A DNA stretch of 64,000 nucleotides from Octopus sinensis (GCF_006345805.1 NC_043000.1:4836001-4900000); one strand, 5' to 3'; shown: positions 25,402 to 39,137, counted from the stretch's first letter. Numbers and translations are program-made. The notes: generated by a model from the sequence alone, not told the origin.

Positions 25402-26306
25402 CATGAAGAGGGTACCTTAAAGAAACCTGAACTTTGCAATATTATTTTATTCTCTCGGTTTTACATGTTTACACTCTTATCGCCTTCAAAGGATTCTCCA
25501 TTTGAAGCAACGTGTTGGTCCAGATTGTTTTCCACTGTTCGAAGCAGTGCTGGAACTCTTGCAAAGTGATGCTTTTTAACGCCTCTGCCATTTTTTTACT
25601 TTGCCTCTTCCACATCTGCAAATTCCTTAGCACCAGCTTTCATCACCAGTGATGACCTTCGAAAAAGGTCCAGATCAATTTCCAACTGTTCTTACAGTTC
25701 CCGACACACATTCAGTCATGATTGCTTTTGATCTTCCATGAGAAAGCAAGTCACAAATTTTGCTGCAACTCTTTTCATTTACAATTCTTCAAAGTTCGTT
25801 AGCAGGAGCTCCAAGATACATCCATCATATCGACAAGTTTATCAATTGTTTGGTGATGGTCCTCTAAGATCAATTCATGAATTTTTACAATATTTTTCAT
25901 TCGTTTGTCAGGTTGATAGATGCCCTGAACAAGTTTGGTTTTCAAGTGACAAGTGGCCATTCCTAAAGCATGAAAACCACTTGCAAACTTGTATTTTGCT
26001 TATGGCAGTGTACTTGTAAGCTGTTAGAAGCATGACAGCCATTTCAGCTGCCATTTTTCCCCAGCAGAAAAAATTTCATGAAAGCACGATGTTCCTTCAT
26101 TTCAGCCATCGCATAAAATCGACGAACAGAGGAGAAGCACCGCAAAGTAAAGGGCGCACCACGTGACAGAAAGACTACACTCAATGATGCCGGTTGGCAT
26201 ACTGATGCCTGAGGATCGTATCAAGTGGTTTCTAGTGGCAGAAGCCTGAACTACAATAGGCTTGTCCCACAGCGAACGTTTCTGGTTACTTCTGGGTACC
26301 CCTTCG
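25402..26306 (-). mobile_element. decayed, internally deleted mariner with both TIRs
   Basis: TIRs gagggtaccttaaagaaacc / ggttacttctgggtacccct; minus translation MAEMKEHRA..., TGDESWC, FQHCFEQWK...NGESFEGD*. Confidence 0.85.
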
Positions 26307-26524
26307 GCAGAAACATTAGCACGCCGGGTGAAATGCGTAGCCATATTTCGTCTGCCGTTACGTTCTGGGTTCAAATTCCGCCGAGGTCAACTTTGCCTTT
26401 CATCCTTTCGGGGTCGATAAATTGAGTACCAGTTAGGCACTGAGGTCGATGTAATCGATTTAATCCGTTTGTCTGTCCTTGTTTGTCCCCTCTGTGTTTA
26501 GCCCCTTGTGGGTAGTAAAGAAAT
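26306..26524 (+). mobile_element. SINE family B
   Basis: gttcaaattcc B-box; gcctttcatcctttcggggtcgataaa central domain (resembles Meta/MESC-type domain). Confidence 0.85.
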
Positions 26525-26887
26525 ATATATAAATTAGAGTTAGAGGTTATGCAACCGTCTAAGGGATAAATGTATCCATAGGCACTATTGGTGTATTACC
26601 TCACTATGTATAGGCCTTGCCATAAGGTTAACAGTAGTTGGTAATTTAAATGGTAAACCACGGTTTAATATATTCAGATAAGAAAAGAAATGGAGCAACA
26701 GTTAACAATTAGAAGTTGATCATTGGTATTAAAAGGACATATAAAGTGAGCAAAAGTGTACGTACACTGTGAAGCATCCCTTTTCGCATTTCTGTAATAT
26801 TATTTGCTTTTATTACTCCCTAACTTGATGGACATATAACAAGTTAGCCGACACTAAAAATCTGTAGTGAGACATATCTTTATCAAT

Positions 26888-26940
26888 GTACCTGATGAGA
26901 CCCTGACTGATGGGTTGCAACATATTTTGTACTCAATAAA
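26888..26940 (+). ncRNA. degenerate type-I hammerhead motif
   Basis: GTAC-CTGATGA-GACCC..GGGTT-GCAA(for GAAA)-CATATT-TT-GTAC then AATAAA. Confidence 0.45.
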
Positions 26941-27134
26941 GATTTAATAGCGAATCCATCTCCTGTTAATTAATATTATTACACTAACTGCCACAGCAGA
27001 GCTCCTGAAGAAGATCCAACAAGTGTACCACAATTGTGGATGACAGCAGGTAGCCTAAACTGTACCAGTGCTCTACTCAACATTTAAAAACACTAATCAA
27101 CCTTATACATATTTGTCCAAATTATTTATTATCA

Positions 27135-27299
27135 GGCGCAGGAGTGGCTGTGTGGTAAGTAGCTTGCTTACCAACCACATGGTTCCGGGTTCAGTCCCAC
27201 TGCGTGGCATCTTGGGCAAGTGTCTTCTGCTATAGCCCCGGGCCGACCAATGCCTTGTGAGTGGATTTGGTAGACGGAAACTGAAAGAAGCCTGTCGTA

Positions 27300-27370
<71 letters not shown>

Positions 27371-27560
27371 TTGTGTGTCTGTGTTTGTCCCCCTAGCATT
27401 GCTTGACAACCGATGCTGGTGTGTTTATGTGCCCGTCACTTAGCGGTTCAGCAAAAGAGACCGATAGAATAAGTCAGTACTTATTCGATCGATCGACTAA
27501 AGGCGGTGCTCCAGCATGGCCGCAGTCAAATGACTGAAACAAGTAAAAGAGTAAAGAGAG
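27135..27560 (+). mobile_element. SINE family A, full length
   Basis: A box tggctgtgtggtaa, B box gggttcagtccc, cttgggcaagtg CORE-like segment, internal (TA)n(TG)n, gtaaaagag tail. Confidence 0.9.
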
Positions 27561-28754
27561 AGAAGAGTATTATTATTATTATTATTATTAAAGATTATTA
27601 AAGCAGTGAGCAGGCAGAATCATTTGCATATTTGCAAAATGCTTAGCAGCATTTCATCCTTCTTTACGTTCCGAATTCAAATTCCGTGAAGGTCAACCTT
27701 GTCTTTCATCCTTTCAAGATCAATAAATTAAGTACCAGTGAAACACTGGGGTCAATGTAATCAACTTGTCCCCCTCTCCCAAAATTTCAGGCCTTGTGCC
27801 TTTACCAGGAAGGATTGTTGTTGTTGTTGTTGTTAACTCATAACTGTTTTTTTTTCTTTTCTTTTTTTTTCTTTTTGAAAATGGAAGCTCTATAATTTCA
27901 TACATCTTCGAATGTGTGAAGCTAGCAGATGATTTGTTGACAGGAGGAACAACTACAGCAGCACTGCTCATAGCTTGCAATTTTCACAGAGTGCAAATGA
28001 AAACAAACACACAGACACACACAGACACACACACACACATGAATATATGCCAAAGCAGCCAGTAGAGTTTGGCATAGTCCTCCGGTTCAGAAGCTCCTGT
28101 CAAACCATCCAACCCATTCCAGCATGCAAACCAGATATCAAATGATGATGATGCTTATGATGACAATGATGACAATGGTATATTTTCAATGGGCTCCTTT
28201 CAGTTCCCTCCACCAAATCCTACTAACAAGGACTTGGTGGGCGCGAGGTTATAGTAGGAGCCACTTGCTTAAAAGTTTCACACAGTGGAACTGAACCTGA
28301 GACTCCTGTGGTTGGGATGCAAAATTCATAACCACCAGCCATGCCGCACACACAGAGATAGATAAATGGAGACAAAGAAAAGCTAATAAACAAAGGAAGC
28401 TAGAGACCAGGTGAATTAATATGAAGTATGCAGCACTTGGCACACTCCCAATTTCTAGTAAATTGGCTATGATGAAAGCTAAGCTGAAAAGCAAAAACAA
28501 AAACCAAATCAAACATGAAAAACAAACGTCTGTATGCTAGTTCTAGAAGGCAAGAAGTGGATTAACAAAAACCCACACAAAATTGAGAACGAAAGAAGAA
28601 AATAGCAGAAAGAAGAAATCCATGGTGCTTAGAGACATCACCCTTCACTCCATACTACATTATTCAAAAATACTGATATCTTTACTTTATTAAGTTATTT
28701 CTGTATTAGTTTGTTTTCCAGTAAAGAGGCCTTTTACAAATGATGCATCTGTCT

Positions 28755-29887
28755 TATTTCTTTATTGCCCACAAGGGGCTAAACACAGAGGGAACAAACA
28801 AGGACAGACAAAGGGATTAAGTCGATTACATCGACCCCAGTGCGTAACTGGTACTTAATTTATCAACCCCAAAAGGATGAAAGGCAAAGTCGACCTCGGC
28901 TGAATTTGAACTCAGAATGTAGAGGCAGACGAAATACCTATTTCTTTATTACCCACAAGGGGCTAAACACAGAGGGGACAAACAAGGACAGACAAACGGA
29001 TTAAGTCGATTACATCGACCCCAGTGCGTAACTGGTACTTAATTTATCAACCCCAAAAGGATGAAAGGCAAAGTCAACCTCGGCTGAATTTGAACTCAGA
29101 ATGTAGAGGCAGACGAAATACCTATTTCTTTATTACCCACAAGGGGCTAAACACAGAGGGAACAAACAAGGACAGACAAAGGGATTAAGTCGATTACATC
29201 GACCCCAGTGCATAACTGGTACTAATTATCAACCCCAAAAGGATGAAAGGCAAAGTCGACCTCGGCTGAATTTGAACTCAGAATGTAGAGGCAGACGAAA
29301 TACCTATTTCTTTATTACCCACAAGGGGCTAAAAACAGAGGGGACAAACAAGGACAGACAAACGGATTAAGTCGATTACATCGACCCCAGTGCGTAACTG
29401 GTACTTAATTTATCAACCCCAAAAGGATGAAAGGCAAGTCAACCCGCTGAATTTGAACTCAGAATGTAGAGGCAGACAAAATACCTATTTCTTTATTACC
29501 CCAAAAGGGGCTAACACAGAGGGGACAAACAAGGACAGACAACGGATTAAGTCGATTACATCGACCCCGTGCGTAATGGACTTAATTTATCAACCCCAAA
29601 AGGATGAAAGGCAAAGTCAACCTCGGCTGAATTTGAACTCAGAATGTAGAGGCAGACGAAATACCTATTTCTATTACCCTCAAGGGGCTAAACACAGAGC
29701 GGACAAACAAGGACAGACATAGGTATTAAGTCGATTACATCGACCCCAGTGCGTAACTGGTACTTAATTTATCGACCCCGAAAGGATGAAAGGCAAAGTC
29801 AACCTCGGCTGAATTTGAACTCAGAATGTAGAGGCAGACGAAATACCGCTAAGCATTTCGCCCGGCGTGCTGACATTTCCGCCAGCT
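28755..29887 (-). repeat. tandem array of six ~184 bp SINE-B units plus one head
   Basis: unit starts 28755, 28939, 29123, 29305, 29486, 29666; head 29848-29887. Confidence 0.92.
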
Positions 29888-30243
29888 TGTTGTCTCTGTC
29901 TGTCTGTCTATCTTTCTATCCTAAAACCAAAGTGCAACATAAAAAGCACTGGTATTAGTATCATGTTAAATGCACTGGTGCTGGTGCCACATGGAAAGCA
30001 CTGGTGGTGGTGCCACTTAAAAAAGCACCCAGTACACTCTGTAAAGTGATTGGCATTAAGAAGGACATCAAGCTATAGAAACCTAGCCAAAACAGACTAT
30101 GAAAGTAGGTGTGGCCCCAGACCTTGCCAGTTCCTGTCAAGCCATCCAACCTATGCCAGCATGGAAAATGGATGTTAAATTTTGACGATGTTGATGATAC
30201 AAACCTGCCTTCGTCTTTTGTCTATTTTCATAAAGCTTCCCGT

Positions 30244-30264
<21 letters not shown>

Positions 30265-30276
<12 letters not shown>

Positions 30277-30855
30277 ATTTTTTTCAGAATGAGATAAAAA
30301 ACCAAGGCTGTGAAGATTTTAGACTATTTATAAATAAAAGGTCTAAATGTTCTAAAATCTTCGCAGCCTTGGTTTTTTAACTTATTCCAAAAGAAGTTTT
30401 TTTATATATACGCACGCTGATATATGACCTACATTGGACTCCTTATTCGCATAATCACAGAACCTGGAGCTTAACTATGGTCCATCCATAGCCCTTACTC
30501 AACATTACCTGACACCTTTGGGTCTCACTGACACCATTACCTCTCATAACCTATATATATATATATATATATAAAAAAATTTTTTTCAGAATGAGATAAA
30601 AAAAACCAAGGCTGTGAAGATTGAGACTATTTATAAATAAAAGGTCTAAATGTTCTAAAATCTCGCAGCCTTGGTTTTTTAACTTTTCCAAAAGAAGTTT
30701 TTTTATATATAGCACGCTGATATATGACCTACATTGGACTCCTTATTCGCATAATCACAGAACCTGGAGCTTAACTATGGTCCATCCATAGCCCTTACTC
30801 AACATTACCTGACACCTTTGGGTCTCACTGACACCATTACCTCTCATAACCTATA
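30265..30855. repeat. two tandem ~300 bp foldback-plus-tail units separated by (TA)n
   Basis: 30265-30552 ~ 30567-30852; the first ~140 bp of each is an imperfect palindrome. Confidence 0.9.
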
Positions 30856-30966
30856 TATATATATATATATATATAAATTGTTCAGCTAAACCTTTCAAAA
30901 TAGTGCCCCAGTATGGCCACAGTCCAATGACTGAAACATACAAAGGATAAAAGGTATATAGAACAG

Positions 30967-31390
30967 ACAGGTGTAGATGTGTGGTTAAGAAGTTTGCTTC
31001 CAGCTACATGGTTTTGGATTCAGTCCCACTGCGTGGCATCTTGGGCAAATATCTTTTGCAATAGCACTGCGATAAACCAAAGCCTTGTGAGTGGATTTGG
31101 TAGAAACTGAAGAGCCCAGCATGTGTGTGTGTGTGTGTGTGTATGAGAGAGAGAGAGTATGTTTGTAAGATCATCTTGAAATTGCAAGTTACGAGATATT
31201 GTAAAATGATTGTTACAGTCATATAAGTGGTGTCATTCATTTCCAGTATTCTGCAAGAACATGTCTGGTCATGGGGATATATTACCTTACTTGAAGGCAA
31301 GTGAAGGTTGGTGACAGGAAGGGCATCCACCTATAGAAAATCTGCCTCAATAAGCCTTCTTCCAACTCATGCAAGCATTGAGAAAAAGGA
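30967..31390 (+). mobile_element. SINE with family-A head and RTE-like tail
   Basis: ttcagtcccactgcgtggcatcttgggcaa head; acaggaagggcatcc tail. Confidence 0.7.
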
Positions 31391-31465
31391 TGTGGTGATG
31401 ATGATGGTGATGATGGTGGTGATGATGGTGATGATGATGATGATGATGATGGTGATGATGATTAA

Positions 31466-31514
<49 letters not shown>

Positions 31515-31517
31515 AAG

Positions 31518-31550
<33 letters not shown>

Positions 31551-31580
31551 AAGATGATGAGATGATGATGATGGTGAGGA
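31391..31580. repeat. (GAT)n array with periodic ATTAAG interruptions
   Basis: direct inspection; expanded SINE tail. Confidence 0.95.
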
Positions 31581-31739
31581 CAACGATGACGTTGATGATA
31601 TATAGAATGCTGAAGCAATTCATGGAACTAGTTTGTACATTTTTCAATGGTTTTTTGTGGGGGTTTGCTTTTGATCTAAAGAAGAGTTGTCGTATGATCG
31701 TTGGAGATCCTTCAAAGCTCAGTGAGATCAATGAGGACA

Positions 31740-32070
31740 ACATTCCTCTAGAACAGTTCTAAGTCAGTCTCATGCAAGAAAAGCACATGCAGGAAGGAAA
31801 TTCCAAAAAGGTTCTGATATTCCGGGAGAGAAGGGCCGGATGCAGTCAGTAGTTTGGGATGGTAGGACATGATATGGGCACTAAGAGAAGAAATGATATA
31901 AAAGCTGAAAGAGTACCAGAGTGGAATTGACAAATTGGCAGGAGTCTGAGGTCAGGCAGCTCTGAAGTGTAAAGATCACTTAAGTAGTGAGAAAAAAGCA
32001 AAAAGTGGAGATAGCACGGATCTGTGGCCCAGAGGCTGGAATATGCTTGTGAGCAAACTTAACGCCAGCC
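31740..32070 (-). mobile_element. highly decayed LINE 3' fragment
   Basis: minus strand retains WNFLPACAF-like C-terminal remnant. Confidence 0.4.
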
Positions 32071-32727
32071 AATCCAAATCAAAAGGATATCAAACAGGAT
32101 TTCAAGTTTGACATTAGCCAATGAGTGTTGTATTATGGCTCTGAGTATGTTACTGTAGTTTTCTTTGTTTAGTCACAGGTGTACTATCATCATCATCATC
32201 ATCCTTTAATGTCCGTTTTCCATGCTGGCATGGGTTGGGTCGTTTGACAGGAGCTGACCAGACTTAGACTCTAAATCGTTTGTTGTGACATAGTTTCTAC
32301 AGCTGGATGTCCTTCCTAATGCTCTGGTCATGGATGTTTCAGTTCAGAATATACAAAAAGATTTTTGTAAGGTTAAGGAAACTGCTTCAACACCATGTGG
32401 TCTCAGCTTTGGTCCCTCTGGTGCAGCATTGCTGTCTTGGCAATGAGAGCAAAGTCCAAATTGCTGCAAGCATTGAAAGGCAAGTTTCCTGTCCAACAGT
32501 AACTTCTACCCGACAGCCTTTGAATCCCTGAAAAAGATCACTGGTACTACCCTTTATCTGCACCTTTATCCACAGAAATGAATAAATAAATAAGATAAAT
32601 ATCAAAAAACATTTGGGAAAATGTCTTCTATCATATTTTCAGTTGAAAACAGCCTTGGAAGTAACATTTGACAGATGGAAACTATGCAGAAACTAGTGAT
32701 GTGTGTGTGTATATATGTATATATATA

Positions 32728-32935
32728 GGGAGAATTCACAAAAAAAAAAAACAAAAGATGAAGACAGGTAGTGTAGACAACAAACAGATGTATTAGTATA
32801 ACGCTCGAGAAGTGAAAAGGTCTTTAACGTTTCGAGCCTATGATCTTCCACAGAAAGGAACACAGAAAGAAACAAGGAGAGAAAATAAAGTATGTATAGT
32901 GGCTAGCAATCAGTCATTACTAGCCACTATATATA
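32728..32935 (-). mobile_element. Penelope pLTR-like fragment with degenerate hammerhead and terminal hairpin
   Basis: minus ...GGAAGA-TCATAGGCTC-GAAAC-GTT-AAAGA at 32821-32850; hairpin tatagtggctag/ctagccactata 32895-32931. Confidence 0.45.
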
Positions 32936-33709
32936 TACACATATAAATGAAATTAACATGAAGCCTTAAGGATGAAGTGAGCATCAACCTATTTCGAAAT
33001 AAGAGCTAAGGTCTTAATTCAACTGCCAGATTATGCTGTTCAGATGCTCATATACCATGGTTTCAGGTGTTGGCCCGAACACCTGAATGGGCAAGAAATT
33101 CCAAATCTGCCATATTATAAATCTATAAACACTCTGGCTTGTTTTGCGCTAAAAACCAGCAACGCATGGTGCAAAATATTTACACGCAAAAAACATTTGA
33201 ATGTTTACCATTTGACAACCAGTGCCAGTATGTTTCCATCTCCATAACTTAGCGGTTTGACAGCAAAGACTGATAGAATAAGTATCAGGCTTTAAAAAAA
33301 TAAGTACTAGGGTCAATTTATTTGACTAAAAACTCTTCAAGGCAGTGCCCCAGCATGGCCACAGTCTATTGACTGAAACAAGAAAAGGATACAAAATAAA
33401 AGTTAGCAGTCCATAAGTCAGAAACCGCAGGATGCAAAAACCAACATTACCATTCTGACCCAGTTATATGCTACAACCACTAATATACTACTTACTGATA
33501 TATAAATAAATATGTCTGTCTGTATATATATATATATACCAAGACAATATATATAGGTAGTATATATTATTGATTAATGCATAAAATTGATTAGAGAGAT
33601 CAATGTAAAACAAACATTATACAAAATAATAGTCCGATTCACGGAGCATAATACTTGAACATATTAGAAATAAAAACAGGATTTGTTTATATTTCCAGTA
33701 TGTTCAATT

Positions 33710-33747
<38 letters not shown>

Positions 33748-34639
33748 ACATATTAATGAAAATGGGAAGAATCAGTTCATCAAACAACAAAGCTTGTATT
33801 AGATGCCATACAGGTTTAGGTCTGTTTACACTCAAGCAAACTTTGCTTTTCATCCCGTACATAAACCTATCAAATAGGTAACAGGCAAATTATAGAGGGT
33901 TATGTATCGAATAAAACCCTTGGAAAAGAGGACCCAGCAGAACAGCAGTCTCAGGACTGAAATTAATAAATTAACCTATAAAAAGAAATGTTTATCCAAA
34001 AGTACATCTAAAATGTCCTTCCTATTCTAAGGCTGTCAGATCCTCTGATTTAATGAAGATTTGGCTATTATTTCAAGCAAGCCAAGTTATCATGTAGAGG
34101 CTCCTTTATTACCTCATCTGATGACATAACAATAATGTAGTGTTGAATAAAGAAGGAAAGGAACACTGTTGATATTTATGTATTTAATCAATTTTGATGT
34201 GTGTAAAGTTCATAAGCCATAACACTAACGGGTGGGAAACAGGAAAAAATATCTCTTATGGAAAAGGAACAAAAGCAAAACATACAAATAAATAAATGAA
34301 AAGGAAGAAAAAAGTACAGATAAAGAACAGTTAAATATAGAATTCAAATTTTGGCACAAGGCCAGCAATTTGGGGGAAATGGGTAAGTTGATTACATCAG
34401 CCCATTGATCAACTGGTAGTCATTTTATCAACACCCAAAAGGATTCGGTAAAGTCGACCTTGGCAGAATTTGAACCTGGAACATAATGACAGACGAAATG
34501 AAACTAAGCATTTTTCCTACTTTGCTAACAATTCTGCTATGTTGTTGCCTTAAGAACATTTTCTTTTTAAAGCATTGCTTGTTACAAGGTCCTTTAGACC
34601 ACTGAAAATATAAGAGCTGCTAGAATAAAATGGATGCTC

Positions 34640-35045
34640 GACAGCAGTCAATAAGTCACGATGTATATTAGACTTAAAAGACTGGAGGTCATATTGAAGA
34701 GGAAAACAAAACTGTAGAAGGGAATCCCAAAGTTCCGAGGTGCGAGGGAAGAAATTGGTACTGTAAAGTGCTTTACGACACTTAGGAGATTGCAGAGTAT
34801 AGTGATGAGAACTGGATGCAAATCTAGTTGATTTCTGATAAGTTCTTAAAGGAGGAACCAGAGAAGAGGGTTCAGCTGAACAATGTCCATGAAAATACTT
34901 TTAGAAGAGAGACACTGTAGCCACATGACAACAATGCGAGAGTTAATCCAATTTAGAAGATAGATCAGGACCAATAGCATTATCAATAGGGCGTTAAATG
35001 CAGTCCAGCAGATTAAACAATCCACTGGAGCACCTGCCCATATGT
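34640..35045 (-). mobile_element. LINE (CR1/Jockey-group) 3' fragment
   Basis: minus translation IWAGAP..., YSTNFFPRTSELWDSL...YDLQSFKS. Confidence 0.75.
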
Positions 35046-36354
35046 CATTAAATCTCCTTGTAGCCTCTCTAAACTGAAAGATCTTATCTATTGTTGGTGA
35101 ATCGTTTGAAAATATATTACACATCCAACCTTGAAAAACTTTCTAGAACTGTTTTATTAAAATGTCCTCTCTCAGAAATGAATGGCTTTTGAATTGGCAC
35201 AAATAATGCCATTAGCTTACTGAATAGCTGCCACAAGAACACAAGAGTGATTTCATACAACCTCTTCATAACAAAATAGTTCCAAAGAAAACGGCCCATT
35301 CAAAGCCAACAAAGGCATTGCTTGTTAACCTTGCTCAGTATTCAATGCATTCAATACAGCATTTTATACACTGACAGATCTACTTAGATAATGAAGGATT
35401 AAAATTTTATAGCTTATTTCTTGATTCTTCCCAATATTTTTCCTCACCCTTGACAATTCATGTTTTTCCTGAAGGATCTGACTTGTGAAAGATTCAAAAT
35501 GTAGTCTACATCTAAGATCTCTTATTGTTAACTTTTGTTAACTTGGAAGCAAGTGAAACACATCTGTCTTTCGAATATTTTTTTATTTTTGCCATGTCAT
35601 ATAAAGTTGTCCATGTCATATAAAGTTTCCATGTAAGTCTTCACCTAAAAATTTTACCCCTGGAAATGGTCACAAAATTCTCTCTATTTCTTTTTTCCTT
35701 TTATCATTTTGTCTTTTTTGGTATAGGGATATTAGACAGCAGAAACATTCATACATAGTTTTTTATAAACATATTTAGAAGCATCAAGTGAGTTGGTATT
35801 TTACAGAAAATGAAGTAAATCTCAAACACAGGATAGCCATGAAAACAGCTTAGAAGATTGGATAAATATTCCTAGAAGATGATAAAAAGTGGCCAGCAAA
35901 TGGCAACAGAGAAACCCTGTACCTCTCAGATATCAGCTGAGTGCTCTGTACCATTAAGCTAACAGTGGCATCTCACAGTCTTCTAAGCTGTTTTCACAGT
36001 TATCCTGCATTCAAGGTTTACTTTATTTTCTGTAAAATACACACATTCACAAACACACACAGACAAACAAATAGGTATGGCTGTATAATTGAGAAATTCA
36101 CTTCCTGATCCTGATACCAAATTCAGTCCTACGGTGCAGCACCTCAAGCAAATGTCTTCTACAATGGCCAATAATAGCCTTGGGCTTACAAAAACAAAAA
36201 GGTGTGTGTGTGTGTGTGTGTGTGTGTGTCACCACCATCACCACTTGGCAACTGGCATTTGTTTGTTTGTAACCTAGTGGTTAGGCAACAGACACTGATA
36301 GAATAAGTACCAGGCTTAAACAAAAAATTAGAACTGGGGTTGATCTGTTGGACT

Positions 36355-37066
36355 CTTTTACAATCTCTTGAACAAGCCTCAAATTGTGTAGGTCTTTACC
36401 TCAATGAGGCCAAACTGAATACATAAACAAGTGCCTGTCCAACAGTGATTGCATCATCCATACTCTCAACAATGCGCCCTTAAATATGGTTTCTGATTAC
36501 AAATATCTTGGGTCATACATATCATCATCTGGAAAAGACTTTCTAACTAGAAAGGGTATGGCCTGGTCAGCCTGTAATGACATGCATAAGATCTGGTCAT
36601 CAAATCTAAGTAGAGACTTCAAACTTGAAATCTTCAAAGCCACAGTCGAACCAATTCTACTATATGGCTCAGAAACCTGGACGTTATCAAAGAAGCTTGA
36701 GAGGCGGTTGGTTGGAACCTACACTCGCCTCCTTATGAGAGCTCAAAATCTCTCGTGGAAGCGCTATCCAACCAAAATGCAAATATATGGGAAACTACCA
36801 CCTGTGTCATCTCCTGTGAAAGGTAAGAGAGTCCAGTTTGCTGGACATTGTTGTAGAGCTGAAAAAGAAGTAATTTCTACTCTTCTCCTCTGGAAGCCAT
36901 CTACTCGCAATACCAGAGGGCCCACACTCTCCTACCCTGATGTAATCTCCAGGGAGACAGGCATCCAGCAACAGGACCTCCGTAATGCCATGATGGACCG
37001 TGAAGTCTGGCGTAGCATGGTAAATTCCATTGTCTCGATCACGGTCGAACAATGATGATGATGATG
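36355..37066 (+). mobile_element. 5'-truncated RTE/RTE-X LINE, 189 aa still open, (GAT)n tail, inserted into a SINE-A tail
   Basis: ORF 36486-37055 YKYLGSYI, FKATVEPILLYGSETWTL, QFAGHC; tggact repeated at both junctions. Confidence 0.92.
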
Positions 37067-38041
37067 GACTAAAATTCTTCAAGGTCGTGCCCCACCAAAG
37101 CCACAGTCTAATGATTGAAACAATTAAATGATAAAAGATAAAAGTTAGACACAGGCATGGATGTTTAGTTATGAAGCTTGCTTTCCAATCATGTTGTTTT
37201 GGGTTCCGTCCCACTGTGTGACACTTTGATCAAGCATCATGTATTATATAACTCTGGAATGACCCAAACCTTGTGAGCAGATTCTTTAGATGGAAACTGA
37301 AAAAAGCTCATTGTGTGTGTGTGTGAGAGTGTGCATGTATACATGCTTGGGTTTATGTGTACCCTTGGCCTGACACTAAGGGATGATTGTAAAGAAGCAT
37401 CATTGTCATACAAGCGATGTTGTTGGTTCCAGTTCTGTGTGGAAGTCATGCCTTGCTATGGAAAACTATAACTTTGCTGGGAAATAAGTAAAAGCTGGAG
37501 GTGGGAAGGGCATCTGGCAACAGAAAATATGCCTTGACCAAATTCCATCTGACCTATGCAAGCATAGAAAAGTGGACAGCAAAACAACAGTGGTCATCAT
37601 ATAATTCAGTTTTTCCTATGATTTAACCTGCAAGTGAATAGAATATTCAACGATTCCACAGCAATACTACCCCTGCAGCATCTTATAACAAAATCTTATG
37701 AACAGCCCACTATCAACAACACCAACAAGCCCACTATCAACAACACCAACACAGAGCAGTTTGGTATTATTTCTTTAAAGGGGAATTTAATCAATACAAT
37801 AAACTTCAGTGACTTATTGGTATAAGCTGTTGAACAGTTATATTGGCTACTCTGTCTTAAGACTATAAATCTATTGATTTCTACTATTGATTGAACTCAA
37901 GGTTCAATTTTTTTCGTAGAAGTCATTGAGTTATTCAAATGAGTATATTTATTACGAGTGCATATTTTATTAATCTGAGAAAGATGAAATGAAAAACCAA
38001 GTATTTCAGCAAAATTTCAATTTAGAAACTCAGACAGACAA

Positions 38042-38886
38042 CCCTTTCGATACCAATCTGATGGAGATTGTTCCTGATTCTATGATACAACTTCTTGTTT
38101 TAAAGAGATTGAAATTAAAACTTTGCAATAAAATTCATAAAATGTGCCAAATACCAGCTAAATAATAAAAGAATGTTATTTTACTGAACTGTTTATTAGC
38201 TTCAAAATGAATTTAATACAAAGGTATCAAATGATTAGGTACAGACATGGCTGAGTGGTAAGAAGCTTGCTTATTAACCACATGGTTTCAGGTCCAGTCC
38301 CACTGCATAGCTCCATGGGCAAGTGTCTTCTACTATAGCCTTGGGTCGACCAAAGCCTTGTGAGTGGATTTGATAGATGGAAACTGAAAGAAGCCCATCA
38401 TATACATATATATATGTCTGTATATATTTGTGTGTTTGTGTCTATGTTTGTCCCTTTGCCGATGTTGGTGTCCCCGTAACTTAGTGGTTCAGCAAAACAG
38501 ACCGATAGGCTTACAAAGAATAAGTTCTGGGGTTGATTTGTTCAACTAAAACCCCTAAACCCTTTTATTACCATATTTCTGTTGAGATGCTCTGTGTTTC
38601 TTTCAATTAATTTTAAATATAACAAAGAATCTAGTAAAATAACTTAGTTATCATTCAGCTAGTGTTAGGAACATAAATTGTGACTAAGGTTTGGTGGAAT
38701 ATTTTAATTCAGAACTTTTGAAAACAAGACAGTCATACTAAAGAGCTAGAGGTGGTTTCAACCGGGTTGGTATCAAAAGGGTTAAGTTGGTGCTCCAGCA
38801 TGGATGCAATTAAATGACTGAAACAAGTAAAAGTATAAAAGAAAAAGTAGTGTAGTTCAACAGAAATATAGTAACAAATGGGTTAA
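38042..38886. mobile_element. nested piggyBac MITE > SINE A (38237-38845) > piggyBac MITE (38560-38781)
   Basis: outer halves 38042-38224 and 38848-38886 rejoin to match the 42254-42474 copy. Confidence 0.75.
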
Positions 38887-39137
38887 ATTAGATAGAATAA
38901 GATGATTATTTAGGGAAGTTCTGTGAGATTCTACCAAATCAGAACCCTTAAATCTTTAGAATGAATATAATGATAAGGGATACTAAGAAAAACTTTACCT
39001 TATCTTTTATCTTTTAGTTGTTACCATCATTGAACTGTGGCCATGCTGGGACACAACCATGGAACATTTTAGTCAAATGAACTGATCCCTGCACTTATTT
39101 TTTTTTAGCCTGGTGTTTATACTATCAGTCTCTTATG

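Noticed and set aside
27135-27210. tRNA gene
   Set aside because: It is the tRNA-derived head of a multi-copy SINE and has no complete cloverleaf.
31308-31618. Poly-Met/His/Ile ORFs
   Set aside because: Translations of the (GAT)n array.
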